Positions 41,392-53,760 of a stretch of DNA of 64,000 nucleotides are shown in pieces. The position numbers and the translations under genes were made by a program. A model generated the notes under the pieces. It had not been told where the DNA came from and did no database searches. It was given only the letters and a program-made list of their open reading frames with translations. The DNA lies in contig OZ024743.1 of NCBI GenBank assembly GCA_964016885.1, positions 183,892,001-183,956,000 on the forward strand. Reading direction: 5' to 3'. This DNA comes from Eledone cirrhosa. Taxonomy: Eukaryota. The number at the start of each line of letters is the position of its first letter. The first letter of the stretch is position 1.

Positions 41392-42712
41392 GTATAAAAA
41401 AAAAATAATGATGAAATTATTGTGTAAAGTGCTCAGGTGCACTACAACTCGTCAATATAGTACATAGAATAATACACAAATGTCAGGGAAGTACATGTGT
41501 GTATGTGTTAGCTGTTCTGTTGGCGGATCTCGGGAAGCATGGAGGCCTTAAAGGATGCAGTGTCTCGACAGCTAACAACTGATGCAGGTAGTTTGTTCCA
41601 TGCTTCAGCAACTCTGAGCGTGAAAAAATGTTTCAGAAAGTCATGGGAACTGTGCTGTTTTCTTACTTTGTGGGCATGTCCACGTGTGTTAGACACATGG
41701 AAATCGAAAAGGTACTCAGGGTTGTTGTTGGCAACATGGTTAACAATTTTGTGGGTGTTTACCAAGTCAGTTGCCAGGCGTCGGAGCTTCAATGAATCCA
41801 TGCCCAGGGAAGCAAGGCGTTCAGAGTATGGTAGATGCCTGATGGAGGGTATTCGCTTGGTTGCATGTCTCTGAACAGTTTCCAGGCGGTCAATGTCCTG
41901 AGCAAGATAGGGGTTCCAGACTGGTGATGCAAATTCTAAGTGTGGTTGCACCATAGCTGTATACAGCCTTAAATAGATATCTGGAGAGCGGCTGACAAAG
42001 GTCTTGCTGAGTGATGCTAAGACACCCTCGGCCCTCTTGACAATTTTAGAGACGTGCCTCGTCCAACGCAAATCGCTGCTGACCGTAATGCCCAGGTCAC
42101 GTTCACAGGAAGACTTCTTGATATTAGTGCTGTGGAGGGAGTATGTGGACGCTGGGTTTTTACTCCCAAAATGCATGGTGGTGCACTTGTCCACAGCTAG
42201 CTTGAGTTGCCAGTCTGAGATCCACTGTTGCATTGTGTCCAGGTCAGACTGCAAGCAAGATCTATAGTGTTCAGGATCTGTCCTTTTTATCTCAAGGTAC
42301 AGCTTGATGTCGTCTGCGTACTTTAGTACTGTGGCATTCCTTAAGTTGGCATCTATGTCATTAATATATGCCACAAACAAAAGGGGGCCAAGAACAGATC
42401 CCTGAGGTACACCAGATGACATCTCATATGGTGAGGAATGCTGTCCCAGAACCGTGACTACCTCTCTTCGACTGAGAATGAAGGACTTCAACCAGTTAAA
42501 AAGATCATCCTTCACACCCATTGCAGAGAGTTTTGCCATAAGCCTTTTGTGTGGCACAGAATTGAAGGCCTTCGCAAAGTCAAGGTAAACAACATCCACC
42601 CATGAGCCGCCATCAGTGATCCGGGTGATGTCCTCAAGAAACTCTATAAGTTGATCACAGCAGCTGGAGTTGGGGATAAATCCAAATTGCGAGGGCCGGA
42701 TAAGACTGTGAT
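41392..42712 (-). mobile_element. 5'-truncated CR1 (same family as 15.6-20 kb) inserted in Tx1 ORF2
   Basis: Protein nearly identical to ORF2 from HSLIRPSQFG onward; CR1 3' tail present; ACAT duplicated at both junctions. Confidence 0.92.
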
Positions 42713-44366
42713 ATGTCTGCGCATCTCCCACCAGGTTACCCACGACAAGCGCCAACCTCTTTGCTAGCACCTTGGCCAAAATCTGTAACTCTGTATTTAG
42801 CAGAGTTATGGGCCTGAAATTATTTATATCGTCCCCCTTGTTCTCGTCCTTCCTCACTAGCGTGACTACGCCCTTGGTCACAACACAGGGAATTCTCCCG
42901 TTCTGTTGCCAGTTGCAGTAGACCGCCTCAAGGAGATCGGGGAACAAGTCTGGCATAGCTAGATATAGTTCGTATGGAAGACCATCGAGACCCGGGGATT
43001 TGCGTTTGCCGCATTGGCTCAGCCCGTCCTCTATCTCAGCGGCTGAAATCGACTCCTCGCAGGACTTCGCCTCCCTGTCCGAGAGACGTGGCAGGCCGTC
43101 GAGGTATGGACCGAAGTCCACATCACCAACCGGTCCCCCGCCCCTTCCGAACAATCCGGCAAAGTGCTTTTGAAAAGCCTCGCACATCTGCTTAGGTTCA
43201 AGGATCACCCGTCCATCCTGGTCTCGCAAAGACCGGATAGTGGATCTGCTCCCTCTTTTGGCTTCTGTCACGTGGGCCCAGCTAACAGCTTTGGTCCCCT
43301 CGTTTCCCAGAGCACGTATTTTGCTTCGGACGATGCAGCCTTCGTGTTTCGCGTCGAAGAACTGGCCCAGGGCCGTTCTCGACGCTAGCACTCTGGCCAC
43401 GTCGCCGCTTCTAATTGCCTCTTCTACACTATCTACCAACTCCCTTTCCTTCCTATTTCTATTTGAGGCTAACTCCTTACTAAATTCTATAGAGACTACT
43501 CTAATCTCTCTTTTGAGAGATCCCCACCACCTGCTGTTGACGATGGCGCCCGTCAACCGCTCCTTAACTAAAGTGCTAATCCGGTCCCTGTAAGCCTTAC
43601 TTGCCGGTAAGGACAAGTTAAGCTTCCAGTAACCGGGTCCCTGTCTATGAGTTCTGTCAAGGTTGACCATGCAGGTCACTAACTTGTGGTCTGAATAGCC
43701 AACCATGCGCATTTTTGGACAACTTAAAAAGTCCTTATCCTTAATTCTAACTAAGAAGCTATCTAGGTACGACCTAGATGATCCGCTACGATTCGCCCAA
43801 GTCCAGGTTGGCGCAGTCGGAAAATCTAGTCGATATCTATCGGCCAGGTCAAATCGACCGATTAACCCTTTGAGGCTATTACACCCCTCTCTATCGGGAC
43901 AGGCCCCTACGTAGTCCCAGCGTGCATCTAGGATACCATTCCAGTCCCCCACTAATAGCAAGGAGCGGGACGTCCCTAGAAAAGTCTCCAGACGATGGAA
44001 GAAGTCCGGCCGCATTGACCCGAAAGGGCCGTAGGCGGCTACCAACCTAAACGCTCCGCCTTTACCACTGCCAAGGTCCAGAACCACTAGTCGACCCTCC
44101 GGTTCCAAATGTACCATCTGTGTTGTGAGACCCAGATGTTTTTGCAGCAGAACGACAACCCCACCCCTACCTCCGGGCTGACAGAGAGATGCGTGCATCT
44201 CAAAGTCATCAAAGGTGGGGGCCAGCTGTCGCACGTTGCTGATCCGGGCCTCGCAAATAACCATCACATCTATACGTTGTGACCTGAGGTCATTTAGAAG
44301 CATTGCTTGCTTCCAAGTTGAGCCCAGGCCACGCGCATTTAAACAGCCTACTCTTAGCATGGCCAT
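41508..44366 (-). CDS. Chimeric Tx1(EN + RT N-term)/CR1(RT core + C-term) open reading frame
   Basis: Uninterrupted ~950-960 codons: LNARG, GDWN, SDH, NFRPITLLN (Tx1) fused at ...VGDAQT|YHSLIRPSQFG to CR1 GVPQGS, YADD. Confidence 0.8.
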   Translation of the reverse strand: MAMLRVGCLNARGLGSTWKQAMLLNDLRSQRIDVMVICEARISNVRQLAPTFDDFEMHASLCQPGGRGGVVVLLQKHLGLTTQMVHLEPEGRLVVLDLGSGKGGAFRLVAAYGPFGSMRPDFFHRLETFLGTSRSLLLVGDWNGILDARWDYVGACPDREGCNSLKGLIGRFDLADRYRLDFPTAPTWTWANRSGSSRSYLDSFLVRIKDKDFLSCPKMRMVGYSDHKLVTCMVNLDRTHRQGPGYWKLNLSLPASKAYRDRISTLVKERLTGAIVNSRWWGSLKREIRVVSIEFSKELASNRNRKERELVDSVEEAIRSGDVARVLASRTALGQFFDAKHEGCIVRSKIRALGNEGTKAVSWAHVTEAKRGSRSTIRSLRDQDGRVILEPKQMCEAFQKHFAGLFGRGGGPVGDVDFGPYLDGLPRLSDREAKSCEESISAAEIEDGLSQCGKRKSPGLDGLPYELYLAMPDLFPDLLEAVYCNWQQNGRIPCVVTKGVVTLVRKDENKGDDINNFRPITLLNTELQILAKVLAKRLALVVGNLVGDAQTYHSLIRPSQFGFIPNSSCCDQLIEFLEDITRITDGGSWVDVVYLDFAKAFNSVPHKRLMAKLSAMGVKDDLFNWLKSFILSRREVVTVLGQHSSPYEMSSGVPQGSVLGPLLFVAYINDIDANLRNATVLKYADDIKLYLEIKRTDPEHYRSCLQSDLDTMQQWISDWQLKLAVDKCTTMHFGSKNPASTYSLHSTNIKKSSCERDLGITVSSDLRWTRHVSKIVKRAEGVLASLSKTFVSRSPDIYLRLYTAMVQPHLEFASPVWNPYLAQDIDRLETVQRHATKRIPSIRHLPYSERLASLGMDSLKLRRLATDLVNTHKIVNHVANNNPEYLFDFHVSNTRGHAHKVRKQHSSHDFLKHFFTLRVAEAWNKLPASVVSCRDTASFKASMLPEIRQQNS

Positions 44367-44417
44367 GTTGGTGGTGAAGAGAAAAGGCACTTACCTCTCT
44401 GCGTCCCGGGCATCGGG

Positions 44418-45430
44418 CTACACAATTTCCATTAGGGTGGGGGATGGGTTGTTGGGTGGGGTGGTGGTTTGTGGAGGTGTAGGGGCATCAGTGTGTTGTG
44501 TGGTTGGGATGTTTGGAGTTGTGTGGGTGTTTGGGGAGGGGGTGGGGTAGTTTTTTAGGAGGACGCGGTTAATGGGCCCGACGCAGGGGGGACCCACGTC
44601 CTCTTTAAAGTTGTTTTTTAAAGTTTTATAGGTGTCCTGTGGGGCCTTAATCATTTTGAGGTGGGGGAAATCCCCTGCCTGGGTGATGTTAGGCCCTTGG
44701 GTTTTTATTAGATTGTTGTTGTACACAATGTTTAACAGTTTTTTGTTTCTTGTGTTTATGTATGTGTATGCATGTTTTTGTTTTTGTGTGGAGTTTTTTG
44801 TTTGCTGTTGTTGTGAGCTCTTTTGTGTTGGTGTCAGTGTTATGTTTTGGGGAGGGGTTGTTTTCATTTGTGTGTCTGAGGTGTTTTATTTTTTTTCATT
44901 TGATTGTGTGGAAGTGCTCCTCCTCGTCTGACGACGAACTAGGGTCATCTTCCGCGTTGGAGGGGAGGGGTATATTTTCGGGTTGTGTTTGCGGTGCGGG
45001 TGTTTTGGAAATTGTTTTTGTTTTTTGAGTGGGGGGGATGGGTTGGACATTGTTTTGTTTTGGTTTGCGCTGTGGTGGTTGTTTTTGTAGTGGTAGTTGT
45101 GGTGATTGTGTTGGTTGTGCAGTTGTTGGTGGTGTAGGCAGGATTGGGGTTTTCTTATTAAGTTGGGGACAGACAGCCCTCAGGTGACCTCTGGTTCCGC
45201 AGAGGTAACACGAGGGCCATCTACCCTCAACGGTAATGTTGATGAAAGTTTGATCATCCAGTATGACGCGTTCAGGGATCTGGGCGATCCTTTCGGGCCT
45301 CATTTGAACTACAAGTTCGAGGCTCGTTCCACTGAACGCGTCACCTGATGCCTTTCCCATGGACACCAGCGTGTCATCATCCAGGTCCAGGAAACCTGTC
45401 AAAACCCACCATATGTCCATAATCGGCAGA
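44418..45430 (-). pseudogene. Tx1 ORF1 C-terminal part with CCHC zinc knuckle, frameshifted
   Basis: CYLCGTRGHLRAVC followed by a P/T/Q/K-rich tail. Confidence 0.75.
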
Positions 45431-45569
45431 ATATATATATATAATATATATATATATATACACATATCAGTGTGTGTGTATATATATTTATATGTATATA
45501 TATACATAATCTTTAAAGACATTTGCTTAACATTCAAGGGAGAGAAACAAACAGAATCTCCTATTGGAT

Positions 45570-47630
45570 GTATTTGACCTAAAGCCATTATTTTGCACTC
45601 TGGCCTGGGTTTAACTGGCCGTATAAGATCGTATGTGAAGTGTACGGACTAAAAATGCTTCTTTCACACTCTATCCTCGCATTGACAATGGTTTAAGTGA
45701 TCCTATGGGAAGTATACACTTTAAAACGCCTTCTTTTACCCTCTAATCTGTCATTGGCAAGGGTTGAGCTGACGGTAGGAGATCCTATAACACAAATATG
45801 ACCTAAAGCCATTACTTTCGCACTCGGACATGGGTTTAGCTGGCCATATGAGATCTTATAGGAAGTATACATCGTCAAACTGCTTCTTTCACCTTCTATC
45901 CTAGCATTGACAATGGTTTAGTTGATGGTAGGAGATCCTATGGGATGTATACGCCCTGAAGCCATTACTTTCACGTCTGGCCATACATTTGTCAGGGTTT
46001 AGCTCCTATGTGATGTTTACGCTTAAATCTGCTTCTTTCACCTTCTGACCTGCCATTGATGCGTGTTTGGCTGGCCGTAGAAGAACATACACGAATTATA
46101 CACCTACAACTGCTTCTTTCACCCTCTATCCATCAAGGACCAGGTTTTAACTGGCGGTATGCGATCCTAAAGGAAGTAGACGTCTTCAAACTGCTTCTTT
46201 TGCCCTCTAATCTTGCATTGACAAGGGTTTAGCTGGCCATAGGAAGACACATGGGACGCAGACGCCCTAAAACTCCTTCTATGACCCTCTAACTTCACTT
46301 TGATCAGAGGTTAGATGATGCTATGGGAAGTATACACCTTAAAACACCTTTTTTTACCCACTAATCTATCATTGACAAAGGTTCAGCTGGACGTTGGAGA
46401 TCCTAAGTGAAGTATACGCCTAAAACTACTTCTTTCCCCCTCTAACCAGGCCGTAGGAAGTCCTATACAACTACAACTACTTATTTCGCGCTCTAAAAAT
46501 GCATTTGCCATGGTTTAGCTGGCCATATGAGATATTATGGGAAGTATACAACCTGAAATGGCTTCTTACACACACAACCTTACATTTACAAGTCTAGGTT
46601 TAGAAGTCCTATGGGAAGTATACGCTTTAAAATTGTTTCTTTTACCCACCAACCTGGCATCGACAAGGGTTTACCTGGCACTTGGAGATCCGATGTGACG
46701 TATATGCACTAAAGCCCTTACTTTCTAACCCTCACCATGGCTTAACTGACTGTAGAATAATCTGTGTGAAGTATACTGCCTAAAACAACTTCTTTCATCC
46801 TCTAACCAGGCATTGACCAGGGTTTAGTGCACCGTAGGAGATCCTATAGGCAGTATACTGCCTAAACTGCTTCTTTCACCTTTTAACCTGGCATTGACAA
46901 GGGTTTAGCTGGTTGAAGGTGATTCTACTGGACATATACACCAAAAAGATCTTATAGGAAGTATATTCTTTCAAACTGCTTCTTTTACCCTCTAATCAGG
47001 CATTTAGCAAGGTTTAAATAGCCAAATAATATCCTAAAATATATGTCGTCAAACTGCTTCTTTCACCCTTTAACCTGGCATTGACCAGCATTTAGCTGGC
47101 CATATGAGATCTCATAGGAAGTATAGGCCTAAAACTGCGCCTTTCACCATTTAAACTGGCATTGACAAAGGTTTAGCAGGCCGTAGGAGATCCTATGGGA
47201 GGTATACGGTCTAAAACTGCTTTTAGAAAGTATACACCTTAAAGCCATAACTTTCACTATCTAACCAGGTATTTACCAGGGTTTAGATAGCCATCTGAGA
47301 TCCTATGCAATTTTAACTCTGATTCTTTTACCCTCTAACTTGGCAGAGGTTTAGCTTGCCGTACGAAATCCTACAGGACTTATACACCTAAAACTGCTTC
47401 TTTCACCCTCTATTCAGTCATGGACGAGGGTTTAGCTGGTGGTGTGTGATCCTAAAGGAAGTATACCATCCTCAAACTGCTTCTTTCACCTTCTATCCTA
47501 GCATTGTCAAGGCATTTAGCAGGGTTTGGCTGGCCATATGAGATCTCATGGGAAGTATAGGCCTAAAACTGCGTCTTTCACCATCTAACCTGGCATTGAC
47601 AAAGGTTTAGCAGGCTGTAGGAGATTGGAA
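45570..47630. repeat. ~81-bp degenerate satellite, right block
   Basis: Same consensus as 33830-35560. Confidence 0.85.
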
Positions 47631-48470
47631 GGAATGGCGACCCCGATCTAAATATGAATGGAGAGGCCTTGCTAGACTTCTGTTCTAGCAAAGGACTCTC
47701 TGTTATGAACACCTTCTTCCAGCAAAGGGACATCCATAAATATACATGGTATAAAGGGAATCAGGGACAGAAATTAATAATTGATTTTGTAATTGTCTCT
47801 GATCTCTGATTCTGTGCAGCTTGAGACTTCCTAAAGCCAAAGAAGCCCACAAAACTTGCAGGTCCAAAGCGACCCACAGGATAAGGTAGGAAGCATTGGT
47901 GGATAAGGAAGTCATGACCAGATATGCAGATACTATTGCATCCAAATTCAGAGAACTCCCTAAGCAAACTGAAGACGTGAAGGAGCAGTTTCTGCTTCAG
48001 CTGTTCAATGCTGTGGGTGAAAGAGGCTTGATGTGGCGCCAAATGGCAGTAAGACTCCTTGGTTCAATCAAGAGGTCAAGGATGCCATCCGAGCAAAGAA
48101 GGAGGCCTGCAAAGTTTGGCTTGGAAATAAGTCCGCCTTCTTGCACTTGCGGTAGAAGCAGGCATGAAAAATCGCTGCAGAGACAGTTAAAGCATCCAAA
48201 GTTAAAGTATGGGAGGACTTTGGGGTTAAGCTGGAATCCAACTTCAAATCAGCAAATAAAGTGTTCTGACAGACCATCCGCCAACTTCATAAGAAGCCCT
48301 CCTCCACACCTGTTATCAAGAACGCGTCTGGGGTTCTTCTCTCTTCTGAAAGGTGCATCATCGCGAGGTGGAGAAAATACTTTGCTGACCTCCTAAACCC
48401 GATCACAACAGCATCTTCTGATGTACACCAGGTGCATCTGGGAGCGGTGACTAATCTTTCGGGGGCTGAG
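47630..48470 (+). mobile_element. RTE-like LINE endonuclease/linker fragment
   Basis: NMNGEALLDFCSSKGLSVMNTFFQQRDIHKYTW; degenerate downstream. Confidence 0.65.
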
Positions 48471-48542
48471 GTTGCATACATATACATACATACATTTAAA
48501 CATACATACCTATATACGTATACATATATATATATATAAAGA

Positions 48543-48580
<38 letters not shown>

Positions 48581-48813
48581 CACATATTATAGCTATGTGT
48601 ACAATCCAATCCAAGAAGAGAATGTAAAGATTAGTTTGTGAAAATTAAATGCCGGTAACTAGAAGGGCAGTGTGCTCACTGTGTATAGGATGCAAGACAA
48701 GTGTTTGGAGAAGGTAAAACAAAACTTAAGCCAAGCATTAAAAACCTAGGCAGAGAGTAAATATCAAAGTTATAATAAGAGAAATTCAACCAAAATTCAC
48801 GAAGTGTTTATTA

Positions 48814-48936
48814 GTTAACAATTGTTTCGAAGGAGGAGGTTCAAATTCAATCAATAACGTACATACTATCAATATTTTAATTAATAGATGTACGTGTTTT
48901 TAAGAGCTATCACGACCAGATCCTTGTCTTCAGAAC
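48814..48936 (-). ncRNA. Type I hammerhead with long stem II
   Basis: Minus strand: gtt-CTGAAGA-c-aagga...tcctt-c-GAAA-caattg-TT-aac. Confidence 0.65.
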
Positions 48937-49387
48937 ATATAGACAAATTTCAAAATATGTCACTTAAGGACGATTACATCAAATATGATAACATGTCAGT
49001 AATTTTACCAAAAAGAAACCATAGTGGGAATCAACCAGAAAGTTCCCAACATATTTTTTGTTCACAAATACATCGGCAGCCATTATTATAAAATAAAGTA
49101 CCAGTAATGTACTGAGTAATTGCTAGCCAAAAGTAGAATTAATTATTATTATAGAACACTTTACATATATATATATACATTTATTTGTTTATTTGTGTTC
49201 CAGCTGAGGGGCTGAGGCCATGCTGGAGTACTACTGATGCTAGACTTTCTATAGCCAGCCTTCCCTGGTTGGCCATTGATGTAAAAAGGGAGTTTGTTGC
49301 TGCTGCTTTTGTTTGTGCTTTGCCTCATGCTGTGGATTCATCCGGGGTCTTGGTCAGTAGTTTGTAGAGATGTCTCTTGAAAACATC

Positions 49388-49935
49388 TGTAGCGGTTGTC
49401 TCCCTTGTTTGGATTAACATCTAGACGGGAAGTAGAACCCTTTCTGTAACTTCCGGCAGAGCCCTATAAAACGAATAGCTCTCGGTTCTCTGCCTCTCAT
49501 TTGGCCTTCCAGCGCCTGGCTGGCCTTAGCCAGGCGTCCTCTGCCAGCCGCGTTTGCCTGGCAATCAAAACGGTAACGACTAACTTTGTTTCATTCTTTC
49601 ATCTATTTCTTTGACATGTCAACTATACTATCTACCATTGTTAATTTCTATTTCTTTGACATGTCAACTATACTATCTACCATTGTTAATTTCTATTTCT
49701 TTGACATGTCAACTATACTATCTACCATTGTTAATTTCTATTTCTTTGACATGTCAACTATACTATCTACCATTGTTAATTTCTATTTCTTTGACATGTC
49801 AACTATACTATCTACCATTGTTAATTTCTATTTCTTTGACATGTCAACTATACTATCTACCATTGTTAATTAAATATTATACACACAAACAATGTATTCC
49901 TTGTTACATTCATACAACCCAGTATCCTCGCTATA
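49388..49935 (+). mobile_element. Solo LTR of the same LTR family with internal 45-bp x6 tandem expansion
   Basis: TGTAGCG...CGCTATA; TSD CATC at 49384-49387 and 49936-49939; repeat 49602-49871. Confidence 0.9.
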
Positions 49936-50789
49936 CATCTATTGCACACCATGTAGATCTTTCACATTTTTTGGCAGCTTATTAAAAAGCTGGGGTCCCT
50001 TGACATATTTTCTCTTGCCTTATGAGTAATTGTTACATGTAAGAGGATAATACAGTAAAAAAAAAAAAACAAAAAAAAAAACAGCAAATAAATATTAATT
50101 GTGAAAAAGAAAATAAGTTATATATTTAATAATGTATACTTTCGGTTCTTGAATAATGCCACCCGCCCTCACGCACACACTTATTATATTTTGCAAATTT
50201 ATCTCCAGCAAAATGTTATTTCAAGTGGTAGCATTTCTGTGAGAATTAATTTTCTTTATACTTTTAAAAACATTATGACAAATAAGTACATTAGTAGGAA
50301 TCCCATATATTATAAAATAAATAGGATGTGTTGGGATCCGAATACATAAACTAAACGACTAATTCTGGTTTTAAAAATGTCAACATCATTTGGGACCCGA
50401 GAGTAGCTCTTCTATAACTAAAATGACTATTAACAATGCTTTAACTTTTTAATATAAGAACAAATTTATTTGGGCTTTGAAAATAGAATAAATATTTCCT
50501 TAGGTTTGAAGTCTATTTATATCATAATCATCATCATCATCTTCGTTTAACAAACATCTTTCCTTAGGTTTGAAGTCTGTTTATATCATAATCATCATCA
50601 TCATCATCTTCGTTTAACGTCCATCTTCCACATTAGCATGGGTTAGACGGGAGTTGTCCCACTTGAGGCAAGGTTGGTCGGGTGACCGTGTCTCGCTCAT
50701 ATATGACTATTTGGCAGGTTTTCTACGGCTGGATGCCCTTCCTAACACCAACCACATTTACAGTGTGGAATTGGGAACTTGTTCCTTTT

Positions 50790-52860
50790 TTTAGTTGAGA
50801 ATAGAAAAAAATTGTAGAAATGGAGTAGTAACAAAAATGATACAAAATCAAAGGGGTCTAACACATCTGCTATAAGTAGTTAGAATTGGCCGAATACGTT
50901 TTACTATCTTAAAATTACAGGAGTGGGGAAACTGATGCTACAGAGGCCCTATGGGCTGCATCGGGGTAGGTAAAAGGGGAAAAGCAGACGAGGAAGAAAA
51001 TAGGGGGTGGAAGGAAGTGATAGGATGAGACAGGGGGAAGAAGAAGACATAGAGGAAAGGAAAAGAGATACATCTACCTCTGTAAGCTGGGGTTTCCCCT
51101 AACTTATTCGGAAAGTGTGTGTGTGTGTGGGGGGGGGGGTATCAGCTCTTGTCTACCCACCCGAGTCATTATTGGGTTTGAGGTCGAGGTAAGTCCTACG
51201 CAATCTGTGTTTGTATGCGGTTACCAGTTCGTCTTTCTTGTTTAGGAGTTGGTCCTTCGAAAACATCTAACCATCCTAGAAACATCACCAATAACCTGGT
51301 TAAAAACATCTCCCTCCGCATATCTCGTTTGTCCGCTAATGAGCAGATATTCGATGAACATGCGCCTCATTACAAGCAAGCCCTCAAGCGGAGTGGCTTC
51401 CGGGAGGAAATATCCTTTTATCCAGCTTCCCTTAGCGGAACCAGCAGGCGACACCGCCGCTCACGCAACGTAACGTGGTTCAATCCTCCCCATAATGCCG
51501 AGGTGGCAACACCTATCAGGAAAATCTTCTTTAGGCCCCTCGAAAAACACTTCCCACTACAACACCGTTACCACAACATAATCAACAAAAACACCATCAA
51601 ACTCTCCTACAGCACCACACCTAACTTCGCACAAAACATCGTCTCCTCAAACAACAAAAAACTCAACCCCTATGGAAGAAACAACCTAGACATCAGTGGA
51701 GAGCCGACCAGGAGGTGTAACTGCCCTGATAGATCTACGTGCTCCCTCAACAACAAATGCCGAGAACGTAACGTGTTTTACTAGTGCAACGTGAGGACGG
51801 ACACCTCCAACAAAGCTTATATAGGATTAACCGCTTGTGACTTCAAGACCCGGCTCTACCAACAGCGACATACTTTCCGAAACCCGGTCCGGCGACATGC
51901 CACTACACTTTCGGGCCACATCTGGGACCTCCAAGATAATAATATAACCTACAATCTCACTTGGAGCTTACTGTCCAGAGCTAACTCTTACACGGGAGGA
52001 CGCCGTCCGTGTAACTTATGCTCGGAGGAAACATTACAAATGCTGTTTTCGAAGGACCAACTCCTAAACAAGAAAGACGAACTGGTAACCGCATGCAAAC
52101 ACAGATTGCGTAGGACTTACCTCGCCCTCAAACCCCAAAACGACTCGGGTGGGTAGACAAGGGTTGATACCCCCCAATTGCCGAATAAGTTAGGGGAAAC
52201 CCCAGCTTACATAGGTAGATGTATCTCTTTTCTTTTCCTCTATGTCTTCTTCCCTCTGTCTCATCCTATCACTTCCTTCCACCCCCTATTTTCTTCTCGT
52301 CTGCTTTTCCCCTTTCGCCTACTCCGATGCAGCCCATCAGGCCTCTGTAGCATCAGTTCCCCCACCCCTGTAATTTTAAGATAGAATTGGCCGAATACGT
52401 TTTACTAACTACTTGTATCATTTTTGTTACTACTCCATTTCTACAATTTTTTTCTATTCTCAACTTATTAACCTGTAATTGTAAGATAATTTTCTTTTTA
52501 TTTGCCACCAGGGCATCAAAAAGTGGGACAAGTACAATGGGGAGAGTTTACATAACAAGGCGTCCTCAATAAGGAGGAGGCAATAACAAAATATAAAAAT
52601 AAAATAAAAATTGTAAGATAGCATTGTGATTATTTTTATTCATTTCTCACTATCTAATTTTATATATTTTTTTATTTATTTCTATTACCTTTTATTGTCT
52701 CCTACTCTCATTCGATTTACCTATTTTATAACCTCCCTCCTCCATTTCCTACACTATCCTTAGAATCTGCTGTATACATCACTTTCAATGCTTGAACGGC
52801 TCCACTCACTCCCCTATTGTTCTACAGGCAAGTTCAGCCACCCCTACCTCCCACCAAATG
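50790..52860 (+). mobile_element. Third Penelope-like family copy, with inverted 5' segment
   Basis: SNHP..RNVTWFNPP..CNC and KAYIGLT..CNLCSEE (51266-52156); 50790-51265 is the inverse of 52045-52465. Confidence 0.85.
52489..52608 (-). mobile_element. 120-bp 3'-end insertion of the Tx1 family
   Basis: Matches 37223-37340; 12-bp TSD AATTGTAAGATA at 52477-52488 and 52609-52620. Confidence 0.85.
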
Positions 52861-53163
52861 CCATGATAGACTTATTTGTGTTTACAACAAATTTTAACCA
52901 ATCCTCTTGACAACTACAATCTTCCCATACCCCTTGACAAGTTTGGCTATTTATTCACCAGGCTAAAAATTCTCCACCAAAAGGCCATAAGGGAAAGAAA
53001 AGAAAAAATAGTGAAGAGAGAGGAAGAAAGAGGAAAAAGGAAAGAGGAAAGAGGAAAAACGAAGTAAACAAACCGAATAGAGGGCGGGGGACACAGGGCA
53101 ATGTCACATGCAAGTGAGTAACCGAGAAGAAAATAGAATAACCACACAGCCCGCTGCGTTTCT

Positions 53164-53210
<47 letters not shown>

Positions 53211-53569
53211 TGTGTGCATGTGTGAGAGAGAGAGAGAGAGAATATCTTATACAAAATCACTGAAGTAAAGTACTCTAAAAAAGAACACTTCACAAGCATC
53301 TTTCCCTAGGGATATACTCAGTCAAGCATCCTAAATATAGGAAGCTTGACTAAAAATCCCTGACTACAATTTGATTGCAGTTTCTGAACTGAAGAATTAA
53401 ATCTGACCATTCCAATAGATTGATATGGCCATCATTACCAGAACAGTTTTTCATTGGAGGGAATTCTGCAAGGTATAAGAAAAATATAAATACGCGTTGG
53501 AAGAAATTGTGTCCATCTCTTATTGAACCAGCATGGTTCAAGAAAATTATGTATAATAATGGTTTCTTA

Positions 53570-53760
53570 TATAGACACAAGGACAGCAATTTTGGGGGAG
53601 GAGAAAGTCGATTAAATCAACCCCAGTGCGTGACTGGTATTTTATCGACCCCGTAAGAATGAAAGGCAAAGTTAACCTCGGTGGGATTTGAACTCAGAAT
53701 GTAAAGGGCCATAACTCCATGCTGAAAAGCATAGTGTTTGATGCTCTACCAATACTGCCA
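53570..53760 (-). mobile_element. Octopus-type SINE copy
   Basis: Same motif as the 21.6-23 kb cluster. Confidence 0.7.

Larger units (their letters stand above)
37223..45430 (-). mobile_element. L1/Tx1-type LINE, 5'-truncated in ORF1, interrupted by an LTR element and a CR1
   Basis: ORF1 with CCHC knuckle; ORF2 APE-RT plus a C-terminal CPRC..ETVAHALVHC zinc motif; 3' end AATAAAAAGAAA. Confidence 0.9.

Noticed and set aside
49586-49873. ORF of repeated FYFFDMSTILSTIVN
   Set aside because: By-product of the 45-bp tandem repeat inside a solo LTR
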